Notes: a model not told the origin generated them from the letters alone. Shown: positions 17,612-29,006, numbered from the stretch's first letter. The stretch is DNA of 64,000 nucleotides from Saprospiraceae bacterium (GCA_016715985.1 JADJXD010000005.1:13299-77298); one strand, 5' to 3'. Program-made: numbers and translations.

Positions 17612-20600
17612 TCTAAAATTAGTTTTTCGGTTTCAATTGCAAATGTGAACAAATCCCATACTTCGCCCTGTTTACCCGGTGATCCACAACAATAGCGGTA
17701 ATTTGTTAGCTCATATCTGTCGTGGATATAAACCAAATGGCTTAAATCTCTGCCCTGTATGGCCTCTTTTATTCCTTCGTACTCTTTGACCGGTATTCTT
17801 TCTACTCTCATATCGTCAACATTGCCCGTTTTTTCGTAACTGCAAAATCCTACTGATGAGCATTTCGCTATTAAAATTACTTCTGTGTTTGCCTGAATAA
17901 ATACATCTGCGGTACTGACCCGTGAGATGACCGTTCCGCTTTCTGCTTTCTTAACACCTCCATGTAACCATAGCCATGTTGTTGTTCCAGCACACCCGGC
18001 CATTGATCCGGTGAGGCTGTATTTTTTTCCTGTGTCCGTTAATCCGGTGCTTAAGGTGTCCGTCAAAATTGGACTTGAGGCGTTTGCCACCATTTCATTG
18101 AAATTTGAGGCTGCGTCATTTAAGAAATAGTCAACAGTTGACACCCGAAACCGAACTTTGAAACTGGTTCCATAGGGTGAAAAGTTTTCGAGTATCGGGG
18201 CTGATGTGGTTTCGAGTTGAAATTCTTTACCTGTGGCCGCAATGTTTCCCGTGCTTGTTGCCATTACATCGGTTCCAAGATTTGCCCCCAGCCATGTTGC
18301 CGTTGGATTGTGTTTAGCTACAAATCCAATGTTAACCGTTTTTGTCGCGGCCCCCGAAACTGAAACAAATAACAGGTAATCTTCTTCGTTATTAAATCCC
18401 AACACTCCGAGTTCTGAATGAATCTTGCCTTCCAATGCTGCTTTGAGTCCATCGTTTGTATCTCCGACCTGATATTCAATGTCTAAGGTCAAAAGGTGCT
18501 GCGCGCCAATGACAAGGCCGACCGCTTCGCTGACTTCGAGCGTGTCGATTGTGGCTCCTGTGTTCCAAGTATAAACATATTCAGTTCGGAAATTCCACCT
18601 GTACCAAATTACTATTTTCTCTTTGATCTCGACAGGTGCGCCCGGATTTTGTTCTATCCATGTACGAATACTTGGGATGTGGTGAATTGAATTATCAATT
18701 GGTTCTACCTTCCATGTGGCCGATGCAGGAACATCCGGGTTTTCCCATTTCTGCTCATGTGTACAAACTGCATTTGTTGGAGTAATTGCCGGGGTAAGGG
18801 TGTTTACACACGCCCCACAGTCTGACTCGACCACAGGCGAGCAATACGGGGGGCAGCCCTCATCACACCAAACGATTGAGCGTCGGACCTCCCAACATTT
18901 CATTAAAGATATTATCTCGTTATCATACTCCGACCACTCCTGATTTTTTCCTTTTTCTCGATATTGAATCCGGTCATAAACAGCTTTACCGTTAAATTCT
19001 CCGGATCGGTAAAAAAAGTAGGATTGTGGCGTTTTGGTTATTACGACTGTTGGGGGATAAACAAACTGATCCGGGTCTGGACACTCACCCGTTGTTGGCA
19101 ATGTGCTGACCGTAGTAATATCCGACCGTCTGATGTCTCCGGTCGTGTAGGTGACTTCGGCAAAGAAGTACACGTTTTCAACAATGGAAGAAAGGCGGGG
19201 TATATCAATCCCGGTTTCATAAAGTTTCCAGTTGGTTCCATCTTCTGAATAATAAATCTTTGTATCTGAAACTGTCAGCTCGTGGGTTCCATTTTCCTGT
19301 GCCTCAATGATGTTGCCGACCTTCGTAGGGGTAACGGTTGGCTTAAGTTGAACGATGATCTTATAATTTAATGTAATCGGGGGGCAGCCATTTGAAAACG
19401 TTAAAATAAGTTGAACGTCTGTATTTTTAACCGGAACACTTACCACGTTGCCTACTGTCCACGTGTTCACCCCTTCGTACTTATATCTCCATGTCGTTGT
19501 CGCAATTGGACTGGCAATGTTACCAGCATAGGAAAATGTATAAACCTGACCAACTTTTGAATAAGTGATGTATGGGTAATTCTCGCATGATAGTGGAACT
19601 TCAAAGCCGATGCATTCATCTAATACTTGCCTGTCGGCTATGCAAGTGATCTCCGCTATTTCGGTAAACGCATTCCATGAGTTTACTTTTATCAATCTAC
19701 CCATGAGATCACCGTCGTGGATGTTTGGGCTGCTGATTAAAACCCTTTCCCGGAAATGTTCACTCAAATAATCTTCTTCATTCCATTGGCATTTAACTCT
19801 GATCTGTGGGTTATCTCGAATGAATAGGTCATATTTTTTATGGATCAATTCGTACAGATCATCGTCGTGATAACCGTAGGTCAATTTTCGAGTTGGAACG
19901 GACAGGGTAAAGTCTGGGTAGGCTCCTGTTATTTCGGTTCCCATGTTACATTTTTGATACACATGAGGAAGTAGGCTTCGTTTTGTGCCCCACCGCCACA
20001 GGTAAACTTCTGAAATGTCAATTGCTGATCCTGTCGGAGTGGGTTTTCTAAAAAACTGATGTTCGACCCCGGCTGCTATCATTATCCGGGGGCCAATGTC
20101 ATATGATAATTCGCCGTTTAAATTGTCCGTTAAATAGGGAGCCTCTATGATTCCACCGTCAACCTCTGCCCCTGTGTCTGCGCTAAATGAGGCTTCAAAA
20201 TATGGGTTCTCGAATACTTCGTTTTGATCCCTTGACTTGCGATCATATCCGTTATCTACAAATCGTGAATAGGGTTCGTATTCATCCCACCCGTATGACT
20301 TTATTTTTGCGTCTGTGCTTTTTTTGAATGCATAAATCCGATTCTTTGCCAACTTTTCAAGCTGGGTGTATTTCTCGGAGTTGGTTAATTGCTTTGCTTT
20401 GACGTTATTTAAACTTGAATTAAAGTACCCGGAAATTGTATCTCCAAAGAAATCAATATCATAAGGTGTCAAGAAGTAAACTGTGTTAGATGACCAATCT
20501 GTATAGATCATCAATTGGAATAAATGGCAAAGTCCTTTCAGATAATCGAGTGTGGAGTCATGTCTTAGGTTCTCACCAATGTTTACCGTGTCGCCATCGT

Positions 20601-21843
20601 GCAATAATCTTTTACGTGGGGTGTTGAAAAAGACTGATCCGTTGTGTACGTTTAAGACAGAAACCTTTGGGCCAACGCTTGTGTATTCAACATAAACCTT
20701 TTCACCCGGCTTAAGTAATAAATTATCTACTCTGAAATTTACGACATATCCAAATTCGGCAATCTTATTTTTTGTAAATCCTGTTTCGTAAACATCCCTT
20801 ACATCTTTGTACCCATTTGCGTATTCATGCACTAAACGAAATCCAATATTGCTTCCTGATCCAAAAGTTGAAGCTTCTGCTATTAAATAGTCGATGATTA
20901 AATCTGCCTGTATGTCAAAGATTCCGGGCCGTGAAAATATACCCGTTACAGGATCATAATTGCCTCCTGGGTCTTCGATTTCTATATTAAATTTTATTTT
21001 TGTCCAATTCCCTGCTGTCGATGTTAGTCTTGTTGTTAAATAATCAACTCCATAAAATATATTCTTATACCTCGACGATCCCTCTGTGGTAGCCTTAAAC
21101 TTAATTCTTTTTAGGTCATCTTCGGAGCTAAATAACTCTTTCTTAAGTGAATACGTTACTAACCTCCGACCTGTGTCTGTTTCCAAAATAGGGCATGAAA
21201 ATTTCCATCCGGCTTCACAAAATGCAAGTTGCATGGTCTTAAGAGCGTGGATAAGTGGCCGAAAATCTGCCATGCTTAAAACTATCTTTCCGTCTTGTTT
21301 ATTTACATATCGGCCATAAAAACAATGGCCAAAATAATAACCGGGATCTCCGTCAAGATACTTGGGGTTATCCTGCCAGTTTGTTTCCAAATTATCTTCC
21401 GTGTATTCAAATTCTCCGAAATCCAATTCATCTAAAAAGATGTCCTTTAATTTATAGAGCCAGTGGTCATCTGAATTGATTAACTGGATTTCGATTCTGT
21501 CGGATTGCTTATCGTATTCAATGACCCGAAGTTTGTTCTCTATGAGGTTTGCGCTTCCAAGTTCCACATCTACCGCGTGATCGGGGTAGTCGTTGTCTAT
21601 TTGTTCCACATCCATGCTGACCCCTAAAAGAGCAAGATTCTTTTGTGTTGCCGGCAGCGATGTGTCTAAAACTGTTTCGGCTGTGATCTGATTTATGTCC
21701 GTCAGTTTTTGGATTTCTTTGCTCAGGCTCAATCCAAAGTCGGAGTCAGTATCTAAATAGATCAAATTTCCTACCCTCCAATTCGGATTTATCCAAATGT
21801 TACCCGGTGAAGGGTCGCGATATAATAGCCTGATGTCTGCCAT
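17608..21843 (-). CDS. large tail-tip / baseplate protein (Tal or host-specificity position)
   Basis: 1411 aa, second gene after the tape measure, with its start overlapping the upstream stop. Confidence 0.5.
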   Translation of the reverse strand: MADIRLLYRDPSPGNIWINPNWRVGNLIYLDTDSDFGLSLSKEIQKLTDINQITAETVLDTSLPATQKNLALLGVSMDVEQIDNDYPDHAVDVELGSANLIENKLRVIEYDKQSDRIEIQLINSDDHWLYKLKDIFLDELDFGEFEYTEDNLETNWQDNPKYLDGDPGYYFGHCFYGRYVNKQDGKIVLSMADFRPLIHALKTMQLAFCEAGWKFSCPILETDTGRRLVTYSLKKELFSSEDDLKRIKFKATTEGSSRYKNIFYGVDYLTTRLTSTAGNWTKIKFNIEIEDPGGNYDPVTGIFSRPGIFDIQADLIIDYLIAEASTFGSGSNIGFRLVHEYANGYKDVRDVYETGFTKNKIAEFGYVVNFRVDNLLLKPGEKVYVEYTSVGPKVSVLNVHNGSVFFNTPRKRLLHDGDTVNIGENLRHDSTLDYLKGLCHLFQLMIYTDWSSNTVYFLTPYDIDFFGDTISGYFNSSLNNVKAKQLTNSEKYTQLEKLAKNRIYAFKKSTDAKIKSYGWDEYEPYSRFVDNGYDRKSRDQNEVFENPYFEASFSADTGAEVDGGIIEAPYLTDNLNGELSYDIGPRIMIAAGVEHQFFRKPTPTGSAIDISEVYLWRWGTKRSLLPHVYQKCNMGTEITGAYPDFTLSVPTRKLTYGYHDDDLYELIHKKYDLFIRDNPQIRVKCQWNEEDYLSEHFRERVLISSPNIHDGDLMGRLIKVNSWNAFTEIAEITCIADRQVLDECIGFEVPLSCENYPYITYSKVGQVYTFSYAGNIASPIATTTWRYKYEGVNTWTVGNVVSVPVKNTDVQLILTFSNGCPPITLNYKIIVQLKPTVTPTKVGNIIEAQENGTHELTVSDTKIYYSEDGTNWKLYETGIDIPRLSSIVENVYFFAEVTYTTGDIRRSDITTVSTLPTTGECPDPDQFVYPPTVVITKTPQSYFFYRSGEFNGKAVYDRIQYREKGKNQEWSEYDNEIISLMKCWEVRRSIVWCDEGCPPYCSPVVESDCGACVNTLTPAITPTNAVCTHEQKWENPDVPASATWKVEPIDNSIHHIPSIRTWIEQNPGAPVEIKEKIVIWYRWNFRTEYVYTWNTGATIDTLEVSEAVGLVIGAQHLLTLDIEYQVGDTNDGLKAALEGKIHSELGVLGFNNEEDYLLFVSVSGAATKTVNIGFVAKHNPTATWLGANLGTDVMATSTGNIAATGKEFQLETTSAPILENFSPYGTSFKVRFRVSTVDYFLNDAASNFNEMVANASSPILTDTLSTGLTDTGKKYSLTGSMAGCAGTTTWLWLHGGVKKAESGTVISRVSTADVFIQANTEVILIAKCSSVGFCSYEKTGNVDDMRVERIPVKEYEGIKEAIQGRDLSHLVYIHDRYELTNYRYCCGSPGKQGEVWDLFTFAIETEKLILE

Positions 21844-23000
21844 TAAAAGTCTTCGTTTTGTGAATTAATCGTTTCAGATAAATAGCCTGAGAATTGGAAA
21901 TCGAGTAGCTTGTTTTTTTCTGTGATCTTTACGCTTGCAGGGTCGAGTATAAATTTTTCCCACCTCAAATTTGCTCCATAGCCTTTTTGGGCATGATGTC
22001 CGGGGCTGGAACAAAAGTTCTGTAAGTACCGAAGTGTTCCCGGCCATTCATCAAATTGAATATTGAAGGTTAGTTTTCGCGTTCCAATCGGCACAATAAG
22101 ACTTTGCCCTCCCGTTTTGTGTTGGGTTTGGCTTAAGTCCATAGGTTTGTAAATAACCTGTCCTGATCTTTCCAGTTCTTCCGTTAATGGCTTGCCCGTT
22201 GCCATCATTGCACGGCCTCCCATCGGCTCTAAGAATAGAACTCCGATGTAATTGTCTATTTCGGAGCAACAGCAATATTCGATTCTGTATTCTTTGCCTG
22301 GTTCTGCGGTTCCATCGTTTATTAATATAGTTGCATGGGTAGGAGGGTCAGTAATTGAATAGAGGCTGTAATCCAAACAAATGTACTTTACTGTGGTGGC
22401 CCCTGAGAATGTGAAATTTTGTGTTGACCCAGATTGAACTGTTCCGTTCCAAAATTTTAGTACGCCTGTTCCGATGCCTAAATACCACAGGTAGTCTTTG
22501 GAACCATGTAACAGCTTCCATCTGTCGGGTCTTTGGTGCAGTAGCAGTCCTGTTCTCGGTGCTGTAAATCCGGCCGAGTTGCCCCATAGTGCAATTGTGT
22601 CAGAATTTGCATTTGCATTAATGATGTAAAATGTATTCGAGTCGCTGGAAATTGACTTGACGGTGGCGCAAGTTGTTGAGTTAAAACTAACCTCCCCGTA
22701 TTTCATCTTCACATCTTTTATGATGTTGCTATCCGTTTGAACGGTTGCGCTTTCCGTTGGAAATGATGTATAAACCAATTTCCGGGCTATACTTTTAAAA
22801 TTGCGGTGAAAATCAGTATTGATCGCAAAGGGTTTGTACTTCTTATCTTCTTGTAATCGTGTGCCTCCACCTTCGGCCAGATAATAACCAAAATCCAATC
22901 GTGTCGGGGGTGTACCTAAATCCGTCATTTGGATGATAAACGGCACATCGAAATGGGCCGGGGAGTATTTCTTTGCTTGACTTATTAAATTGATTGCCAT
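21843..23000 (-). CDS. distal-tail (Dit-position) protein
   Basis: 385 aa, immediately downstream of the tape measure gene. Call based on synteny only. Confidence 0.45.
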   Translation of the reverse strand: MAINLISQAKKYSPAHFDVPFIIQMTDLGTPPTRLDFGYYLAEGGGTRLQEDKKYKPFAINTDFHRNFKSIARKLVYTSFPTESATVQTDSNIIKDVKMKYGEVSFNSTTCATVKSISSDSNTFYIINANANSDTIALWGNSAGFTAPRTGLLLHQRPDRWKLLHGSKDYLWYLGIGTGVLKFWNGTVQSGSTQNFTFSGATTVKYICLDYSLYSITDPPTHATILINDGTAEPGKEYRIEYCCCSEIDNYIGVLFLEPMGGRAMMATGKPLTEELERSGQVIYKPMDLSQTQHKTGGQSLIVPIGTRKLTFNIQFDEWPGTLRYLQNFCSSPGHHAQKGYGANLRWEKFILDPASVKITEKNKLLDFQFSGYLSETINSQNEDF

Positions 23001-23006
23001 TATTTT

Positions 23007-26000
23007 TTAAATTACTTTTCTCAAATTAGTTCTGCCCTCTCTTAGTGCCTCTTTGGTTGCCTGTTTTATTCCTTCCGATGTTCCGGCTGCTGTTCCCCTT
23101 GTTGCTCCCCTTTCCACTCTTTCTGATATTGCATCTGCCAGCCTTTCGATCTGGTCGTCTGAAAATTCAATCTTGTTGTTTCCGCTCCCTCCAAATGGAA
23201 TAATGATCGGTATCACAGGATCAAATCGTTTTCTTGATGGTGTCTGAATTTCAAATAAAACCCTGCGCCTTTTCTGAATTGTCTTTGCAATTTCAGTTTC
23301 TAAATCGGTAACTGCTCCGGCGTTGGTGCGCTTTCTATCCGAGTCCAAAAGATTAAACAGCCAATCGTTTTTAGTGGTCTGCTTTGCCGGTGCGATGTAT
23401 TCGTTTGCATGGAGTATACCTGTTCCAATTGGTCTTTCCCCTGTTTCATCCGGTGGGGCAACGCTGCCGCCTGTAAAACCGCCCTGCCCTTTACTATTGA
23501 AGTATGCACCCTTTGCGAATGTTTGGGATTTCATTTTCGCTATTTGGATTGCTGTCTGCGCTCCGATAAAAAGAGCTGCAACGGCCCCGGCAATTGGCCC
23601 CAACTCCGCAAATGCTTTAATGATTGCCAATGATGAGTCGATGATCGCTTTTGAAATGGCAGCCTTTTTCCGCTTTTCGCTTTGTTGCCGGTCGATTTCA
23701 TCAATCTTTTGCGCTTTCTCTCTTTCCAATCTCTCTACCTCTGCGCTATTTCCCTGCGCTGCTTTGATTTGATTCTCATAGCTCTTTTCAATCCTTGAGC
23801 GTTGTGCATCGAATACTTTTTCATTGTTGGCCGCTTCGATTTCAAAGAGTGCATCTGAAATAGACTGCGCTAAATTTAACGCCTCCTGTTTTGCGATCCG
23901 GGCAGCATCTTCCAAATCTTTTTTCCTTGCCTCCCTTCGCTTTAAATTTTCCCTTTCTTCCAGCTTTGTTTTGGATAACTCTGCTGCCTCATGAGCTGCC
24001 ACGCCCTTGTCGCTTAAGTCCTGAATGTTCGATTGTAAATCCTGTTCAAGTTTTAATCGGCTTGCGTTGTAATCCTTATCGAGTTGTTCAAGTTCTTTTG
24101 TAGCCTTTTTGTTGGTCTCAAGTTTAAATTGAGTAGCCGTAACTTCATCGACCTTTCCGTCTCTTTGGTCGGAATCTATTTGCAAAAGGTCTAAAGCAAG
24201 TTGGTCTTGTATGTTTTGCTTTCGGGCTGCGAGTGTCTGCGCCATGATCGAAACCTCCGCTTCGTACTGTTTTTGAAGTCCAGCCTTGATTTCATCTTCA
24301 AAATTGGCGCGTAATTCTGCAATCTTGTCCAGTTTTTCCGCTTCGATTTCCTGTGATCGCTTAGAAAATTCCTCCTCTGTGATCGCTCCCTGTGCAAGTG
24401 CAATTTCAAGGTCTTGAACATTTGATGTAAACTGTATCTCAATTTCCCTCTCTGCCTGTTGTAAATCAAACTGTGTTTGAGAAATCTTAATGTCGATTTC
24501 TGTTTTGTTGATCTCGCCTATGATTCTTAAAACTTCCTGTCGTGTATCTTCCAGTTCTTTGGTGGCCTCCTTTAGTGTTTTGGTGCGCTCCTCTTTGATC
24601 TTAGTAACGGCTGCGTCCTCTGTCTTTCTTAATGCAGAAATCAACTCATTGCTTTTCTCAATTTCGATCTGGTCAGCATCCGTTTTAATGGTTTTTAGTT
24701 CGAGAGAGTCAAGGTTTTTTTGTATTTCATCGACCTGTCGCTTGGTGTTCTCTTTTACCTCTTTTATTTTTTTATCAAATTCATTCGGGATAGCTGCAAT
24801 ATCCAAATCAGAAATCTTTTTCTTTAGCTCCTCAATTCTTTTTTGCTGCTCCTGAATTGCTTTGTCTGCATCTTCATTGAGTTTTTTCTCGGCTTCGATT
24901 GATTCTTTAGTTACACTAAGTCTTTTTCCTGATAGTGCCGCCAATTGAGTGAGTCCTGCTGCTGCTTTTTTAATTAGTTCACTTCGTTTGGCTTCACTTA
25001 TATCACCTGTATTTAATTCTTTTTGAACGCCCTTAAATTCTGCATTTAGTTTTAACGCATAGTCTTTGGCTGCTTTACTTGCCTTGTCATCGCTTAATAC
25101 TTTTGCTGTTTCCCCAATGACTGCCTTTATACGGGTGTTTAGTTTTTCTGCATCACTAAAACTTGCATTCGTTACAGGAAGTCCAAGAGCCTTTGCGATG
25201 GTCTTGTCGTACTCCGAAAATGTTTTATCAACATCATTAATTTGGCTTTGGAGTTGTTTTATTTCGGCCTCTTTTTCTTGGGTGAATTTTGCAATGGCCT
25301 GATCCTGTGTTTGCCCGGATAGTCCTTTGACAAAGTTTTGTCCAGTTGTTAATCTACCAGCTTTTAAGTGAGCAATTTCAATGCTTTTATTTATCTGTTC
25401 GGTCAGTAACGCCTCTTTTGTTTGTGCCTTGATCCTTTCTCCAACTTGCTTTAAAACGGTGCTGGTTAACTCCTGTTGAATCTGATTCAGACGCTCTATA
25501 CTTGCATATTCCAAATCATATTGATCTATTAAATCTGGGTACTTTGTAACCAATTCGGTTATGAGCGCATCACGGCCCTCCCGGCTTAATGTTTCGTCTT
25601 TTAGTGCTTCGGTTACGCCCTTAATACTTGAAACCTCCCTGATCGCTGTTTCTTCCAAAGTTTTTAGCCCTCTTTCAAGTGTACGGGTGCTTTCATCGAA
25701 TACGTTTACACCCAAAGCAACATCCGAGAAAAACCTTGTTATCGTGTTTGCTGCGGAAATTAAACCTTTTCCGACTGCCTCTTTGAAGTTATTAAAGTCA
25801 ACGGTTAATTTTCGTAATCCTTGAAGATCAGTGTTATTGACAGCCGTTGCAAGTCCTCCAAATTTGCCCTGTACCTCACCTAAGATTATGGCCTGTGCTT
25901 TATAAATATCATTTTGCTTTAGTGCCTGTTTGATATTTTCCTGAGCGGATGCATCCAATGAAATACCAGCCTTTTGCAAAAGTGTTATTCCTTTGATTGG

Positions 26001-27548
26001 ATTTTCTAAAGCCTTACCAAGTAATTGGGTGGCCCCTTTTAAATCTCCATCTAAAACAGTTGAAAGGTCAAGAGCTGCTTTTTGTGCATCTTGAAATACT
26101 TGCCCCTGAATGTTTCCAAATTTTAACAGGCCGGATGTAATATCATTTAAAATCTGATCTCCATCAATTCCCGTGAGTACTTCCAACTCCTTAGCCATTT
26201 CCTGCAATCCTTCGGCTGTCTGACCTGAATTGTTGTTGGTAACTTTTAGCTGCTGGTTAATTTTTGCCAGTGCCGTTTCGGCCTGTGTAAACTCCGTAAC
26301 AGAACCCTTTGCAAATCCAGTTAATGCCCCCAGCGTGGCAATGATTCCACCGCCAATTAATCCACCTGTTACAATGTCGGATATACTTGCCAATTTACCG
26401 CCCAATCGTGTGAGGCTGTTTCCTGTTTGGTCGAGTGTGCCCCGGACTGATGCTAATTCTCTTACCCGGTCGTCTATTTGCCCCAAAACACTTGCCCTTT
26501 CTCCTGCCCGTGCTATGTCGTTGCCTAATTCTTTGAACTCATCACCAAGTTTTTGAATCTCTGCCCGGAGTGCTTTTTCTCGCGCGATCAAATCCCCCTT
26601 GAAAATATCACCAAGTTCTTTTTGTGCCAAAAGTCCTTCCCGTTGCAACTCCTCCAACTTTGGAAGTAAGCCTTGAATTGCGCTTTGGTAGTTACCTACA
26701 TTGCGCCTGAAATTTCCGATTGACTGCTCCTGTAATGAAACTGTCTCGTGTATGGAATTGATTTTGTTTTTTAACTCCTGCCCTCTTGCTCCCTCCCTTT
26801 CTGCCTGACTTAAAAGATCGTATTCTTTTGCAAGTTTATTGAGTTCAAGTCTTAGACCGACAACACTATCCTTTGGGATGTTTTTAGCCATGCGCTCAAA
26901 TTCGGCATTGACCTCTTTTATGGATGTCTTGACTTCTTTTTTCTTTATGTTTAATTGATCCAGCTCCTCATTTAACCCAGCCAATAAATTAGCCTTTTGG
27001 TCGCTGGTCAGGTCTCCACTTTTCAAAACCTGTACCCGTTGTTTAGATATTTCCTTAATCCTGATTTCGACCTGAGACAATGACTTATACAATTGTTGTA
27101 CACTTTTGTCATCAATATTTTGGATGGATGGCTTTAGTTTGGCTATAGTTTCAACTGCTGTCTTGGCTGCTCCGTTTAATTGTGAGAATGCAACGTTGGT
27201 TTGTTTGACTTGGGTGTCCGATAATCCTTCCGGGGCTTTTACTTTAGAAAGTTGCTCCTCTGTTTGTGATACCTGTGCTTGAAGGTCTTTGAGTTGGTTT
27301 TTTAACTCCTTTATAGTAGCTACAATTTCCGGGCTTAGTTTTGTTTCTTTGACCTTCCCCAACACTTTTAATAGATCGTTTATTCCCTGTGCGTCGAATG
27401 ATGTGTTAAGACTTATTTTGGTAGCTTGAACGCTCTTTATTTGTTTTTGAACATCGACCAATTTTTTCTTAATTAAATCTAATTCATTCACCGTCTTATC
27501 GCTCCCGATAACCGATAGTCTAAAACCGAGCTGTCTTGTTGCTGCCAT
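23007..27548 (-). CDS. tail tape measure protein
   Basis: 1513 aa, Lys/Glu/Gln-rich coiled coil with two Gly-rich hydrophobic segments (GGLIGGGIIATLGALTGFA; LGPIAGAVAALFIGAQTAI). Confidence 0.85.
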   Translation of the reverse strand: MAATRQLGFRLSVIGSDKTVNELDLIKKKLVDVQKQIKSVQATKISLNTSFDAQGINDLLKVLGKVKETKLSPEIVATIKELKNQLKDLQAQVSQTEEQLSKVKAPEGLSDTQVKQTNVAFSQLNGAAKTAVETIAKLKPSIQNIDDKSVQQLYKSLSQVEIRIKEISKQRVQVLKSGDLTSDQKANLLAGLNEELDQLNIKKKEVKTSIKEVNAEFERMAKNIPKDSVVGLRLELNKLAKEYDLLSQAEREGARGQELKNKINSIHETVSLQEQSIGNFRRNVGNYQSAIQGLLPKLEELQREGLLAQKELGDIFKGDLIAREKALRAEIQKLGDEFKELGNDIARAGERASVLGQIDDRVRELASVRGTLDQTGNSLTRLGGKLASISDIVTGGLIGGGIIATLGALTGFAKGSVTEFTQAETALAKINQQLKVTNNNSGQTAEGLQEMAKELEVLTGIDGDQILNDITSGLLKFGNIQGQVFQDAQKAALDLSTVLDGDLKGATQLLGKALENPIKGITLLQKAGISLDASAQENIKQALKQNDIYKAQAIILGEVQGKFGGLATAVNNTDLQGLRKLTVDFNNFKEAVGKGLISAANTITRFFSDVALGVNVFDESTRTLERGLKTLEETAIREVSSIKGVTEALKDETLSREGRDALITELVTKYPDLIDQYDLEYASIERLNQIQQELTSTVLKQVGERIKAQTKEALLTEQINKSIEIAHLKAGRLTTGQNFVKGLSGQTQDQAIAKFTQEKEAEIKQLQSQINDVDKTFSEYDKTIAKALGLPVTNASFSDAEKLNTRIKAVIGETAKVLSDDKASKAAKDYALKLNAEFKGVQKELNTGDISEAKRSELIKKAAAGLTQLAALSGKRLSVTKESIEAEKKLNEDADKAIQEQQKRIEELKKKISDLDIAAIPNEFDKKIKEVKENTKRQVDEIQKNLDSLELKTIKTDADQIEIEKSNELISALRKTEDAAVTKIKEERTKTLKEATKELEDTRQEVLRIIGEINKTEIDIKISQTQFDLQQAEREIEIQFTSNVQDLEIALAQGAITEEEFSKRSQEIEAEKLDKIAELRANFEDEIKAGLQKQYEAEVSIMAQTLAARKQNIQDQLALDLLQIDSDQRDGKVDEVTATQFKLETNKKATKELEQLDKDYNASRLKLEQDLQSNIQDLSDKGVAAHEAAELSKTKLEERENLKRREARKKDLEDAARIAKQEALNLAQSISDALFEIEAANNEKVFDAQRSRIEKSYENQIKAAQGNSAEVERLEREKAQKIDEIDRQQSEKRKKAAISKAIIDSSLAIIKAFAELGPIAGAVAALFIGAQTAIQIAKMKSQTFAKGAYFNSKGQGGFTGGSVAPPDETGERPIGTGILHANEYIAPAKQTTKNDWLFNLLDSDRKRTNAGAVTDLETEIAKTIQKRRRVLFEIQTPSRKRFDPVIPIIIPFGGSGNNKIEFSDDQIERLADAISERVERGATRGTAAGTSEGIKQATKEALREGRTNLRKVI

Positions 27549-27659
27549 TATGCAATTGCTTTTTCAAATTCATCTAAAATCAAATTCCCTTCATCCTCCA
27601 ATGTGTCTTGTATGGTTGTTCCGATCAGCTCTATTTCTTTACTTGCTTTTGTGCTTTCG

Positions 27660-28079
27660 TCAATGAATAATAATCGGCGGCCATTGCCCGAATATTGAAA
27701 ACTTGATCTCGATGGCATTCCCTCCCTCTTGTGAACGTGTGCCGTTGCAAACGCTGCGCTTTTGGCTTCTTTCTCTGATCTTCCCTTTGCTCGAAAAAGC
27801 GATCAATCCTTCAATGTACTTGCTCGTTTTTCTCCCAGTACTTCTGCCACCGAAAGGAATACGTTTTGCCTGAACCCCCTTCTCAATGAATACGTGATAA
27901 TCCAACATCGAAACATCTAAGTTCATGTCGTTTCCATTTTCGGAAACTCCAAATAAAATTGAATTGGATAACTTACCCGTGTTGACGTGGCCTTGTTGTT
28001 TTAGCTCCTCTTTGATTTCATTTGAGATAGAACCGCCAAATCGGAGCAACGTGCTTTTAATTTTATCCCTGAGATTCAT
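27660..28079 (-). CDS. tail-module protein upstream of the tape measure; reading continues in the +1 frame to 27548
   Basis: The +1 frame (..AKSAAFATAHVHKREGMPSRSSFQYSGNGRR..EFEKAIA*) ends in a TAATG overlap with the tape-measure ATG. The likely switch point is the A5 run at 27794-27798. Confidence 0.45.
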   Translation of the reverse strand: MNLRDKIKSTLLRFGGSISNEIKEELKQQGHVNTGKLSNSILFGVSENGNDMNLDVSMLDYHVFIEKGVQAKRIPFGGRSTGRKTSKYIEGLIAFSSKGKIRERSQKRSVCNGTRSQEGGNAIEIKFSIFGQWPPIIIH

Positions 28080-28303
28080 TAGTTTAATTGTGGGTTAAAT
28101 GATAAATCAGGAAATACTATTCTCGTTACCAGCTCCGGGCTTTGTAGGTTCTTATCTTTTTGGATGATGCAAAAAAAGTTAATGTAGAACCCTCCATGTA
28201 GAAATGGCTCTATGTATGTGAAATTAAACCGCTCGTATGTCGATTTAACTTTTTCCATAGACAAATGATTTTCCAGACTGTGTAAAATCAAACGCCACGA
28301 CAT
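28079..28303 (-). CDS. small structural-module protein (probable start ATG at 28258)
   Basis: Its stop overlaps the next ATG (TAATG). Confidence 0.4.
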   Translation of the reverse strand: MSWRLILHSLENHLSMEKVKSTYERFNFTYIEPFLHGGFYINFFCIIQKDKNLQSPELVTRIVFPDLSFNPQLN

Positions 28304-29006
28304 CGCAGTGGTATTCAGTAAATTTTAATTCCATGCTTACCCCAGCATAATTATGACCGCTTTGTGGCGGCACAATGCTTAATTCTGTGGTTTGGCCATC
28401 GGATAGCATATTGACCAAAAACTCATTTAACTGGGTTTCTCTTACCACAAAAGAAGTTATTAAGTTATTGGTGTCCTGATACGTCAAAAGATCGGTATTG
28501 AAATATCCGCTTTCGGTGCTTGCGTCTAAGTGGGTAATGGTGCAATAACGAACGCTGTCGATGTACTTGCAAACCCGTCTTAGAATTGTCCTACAATTGT
28601 TATACACCTCTGCCAGCTCCCGGTCGCTCTTAGTGTTGTTCTGATCCTTGTTGTTTTCCCAGCGATCAAGTAAATACAGTCTGATCCGGTGTTCTATCTT
28701 TTGTGCCTGCCGGTTGTTCTTAAATAAATCCGTAATTGATCCCTGATTTTCTTGAACCAATAAAAGCGGTGGCGCAATTTCAAAAACGCTGGACTTCTTC
28801 TTATCATATCGTTTCGAGTAACAATAATCTGTGTTATGACTTCTGATGTCGTGGTTTAATGTAGCGTGGCTCAATTCATCCACATGGTCAACCCATGCAA
28901 ACGTATTCACTTCGATGGCTCCATTATCCGGGAAATACATAACCGCCTCCCTCAGATGTTGAAAGAAGCGGTTAAGTGTGTACGGTGCTTGGGATGGTTT
29001 TAACAT
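28245..29006 (-). CDS. hypothetical structural-module protein
   Basis: 253-aa ORF. Confidence 0.45.
   Translation of the reverse strand: MLKPSQAPYTLNRFFQHLREAVMYFPDNGAIEVNTFAWVDHVDELSHATLNHDIRSHNTDYCYSKRYDKKKSSVFEIAPPLLLVQENQGSITDLFKNNRQAQKIEHRIRLYLLDRWENNKDQNNTKSDRELAEVYNNCRTILRRVCKYIDSVRYCTITHLDASTESGYFNTDLLTYQDTNNLITSFVVRETQLNEFLVNMLSDGQTTELSIVPPQSGHNYAGVSMELKFTEYHCDVVAFDFTQSGKSFVYGKS

Noticed and set aside
27548-28079. A canonical programmed -1 frameshift (gpG/gpGT-type tail chaperone) just upstream of the tape measure gene.
   Set aside because: The frame that ends in the TAATG overlap with the tape-measure start is +1, not -1. The -1 frame gives low-complexity basic sequence. The likely switch point is an A5/T5 run, like the other homopolymer indels. 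A real +1 event cannot be excluded without reads or proteomics.
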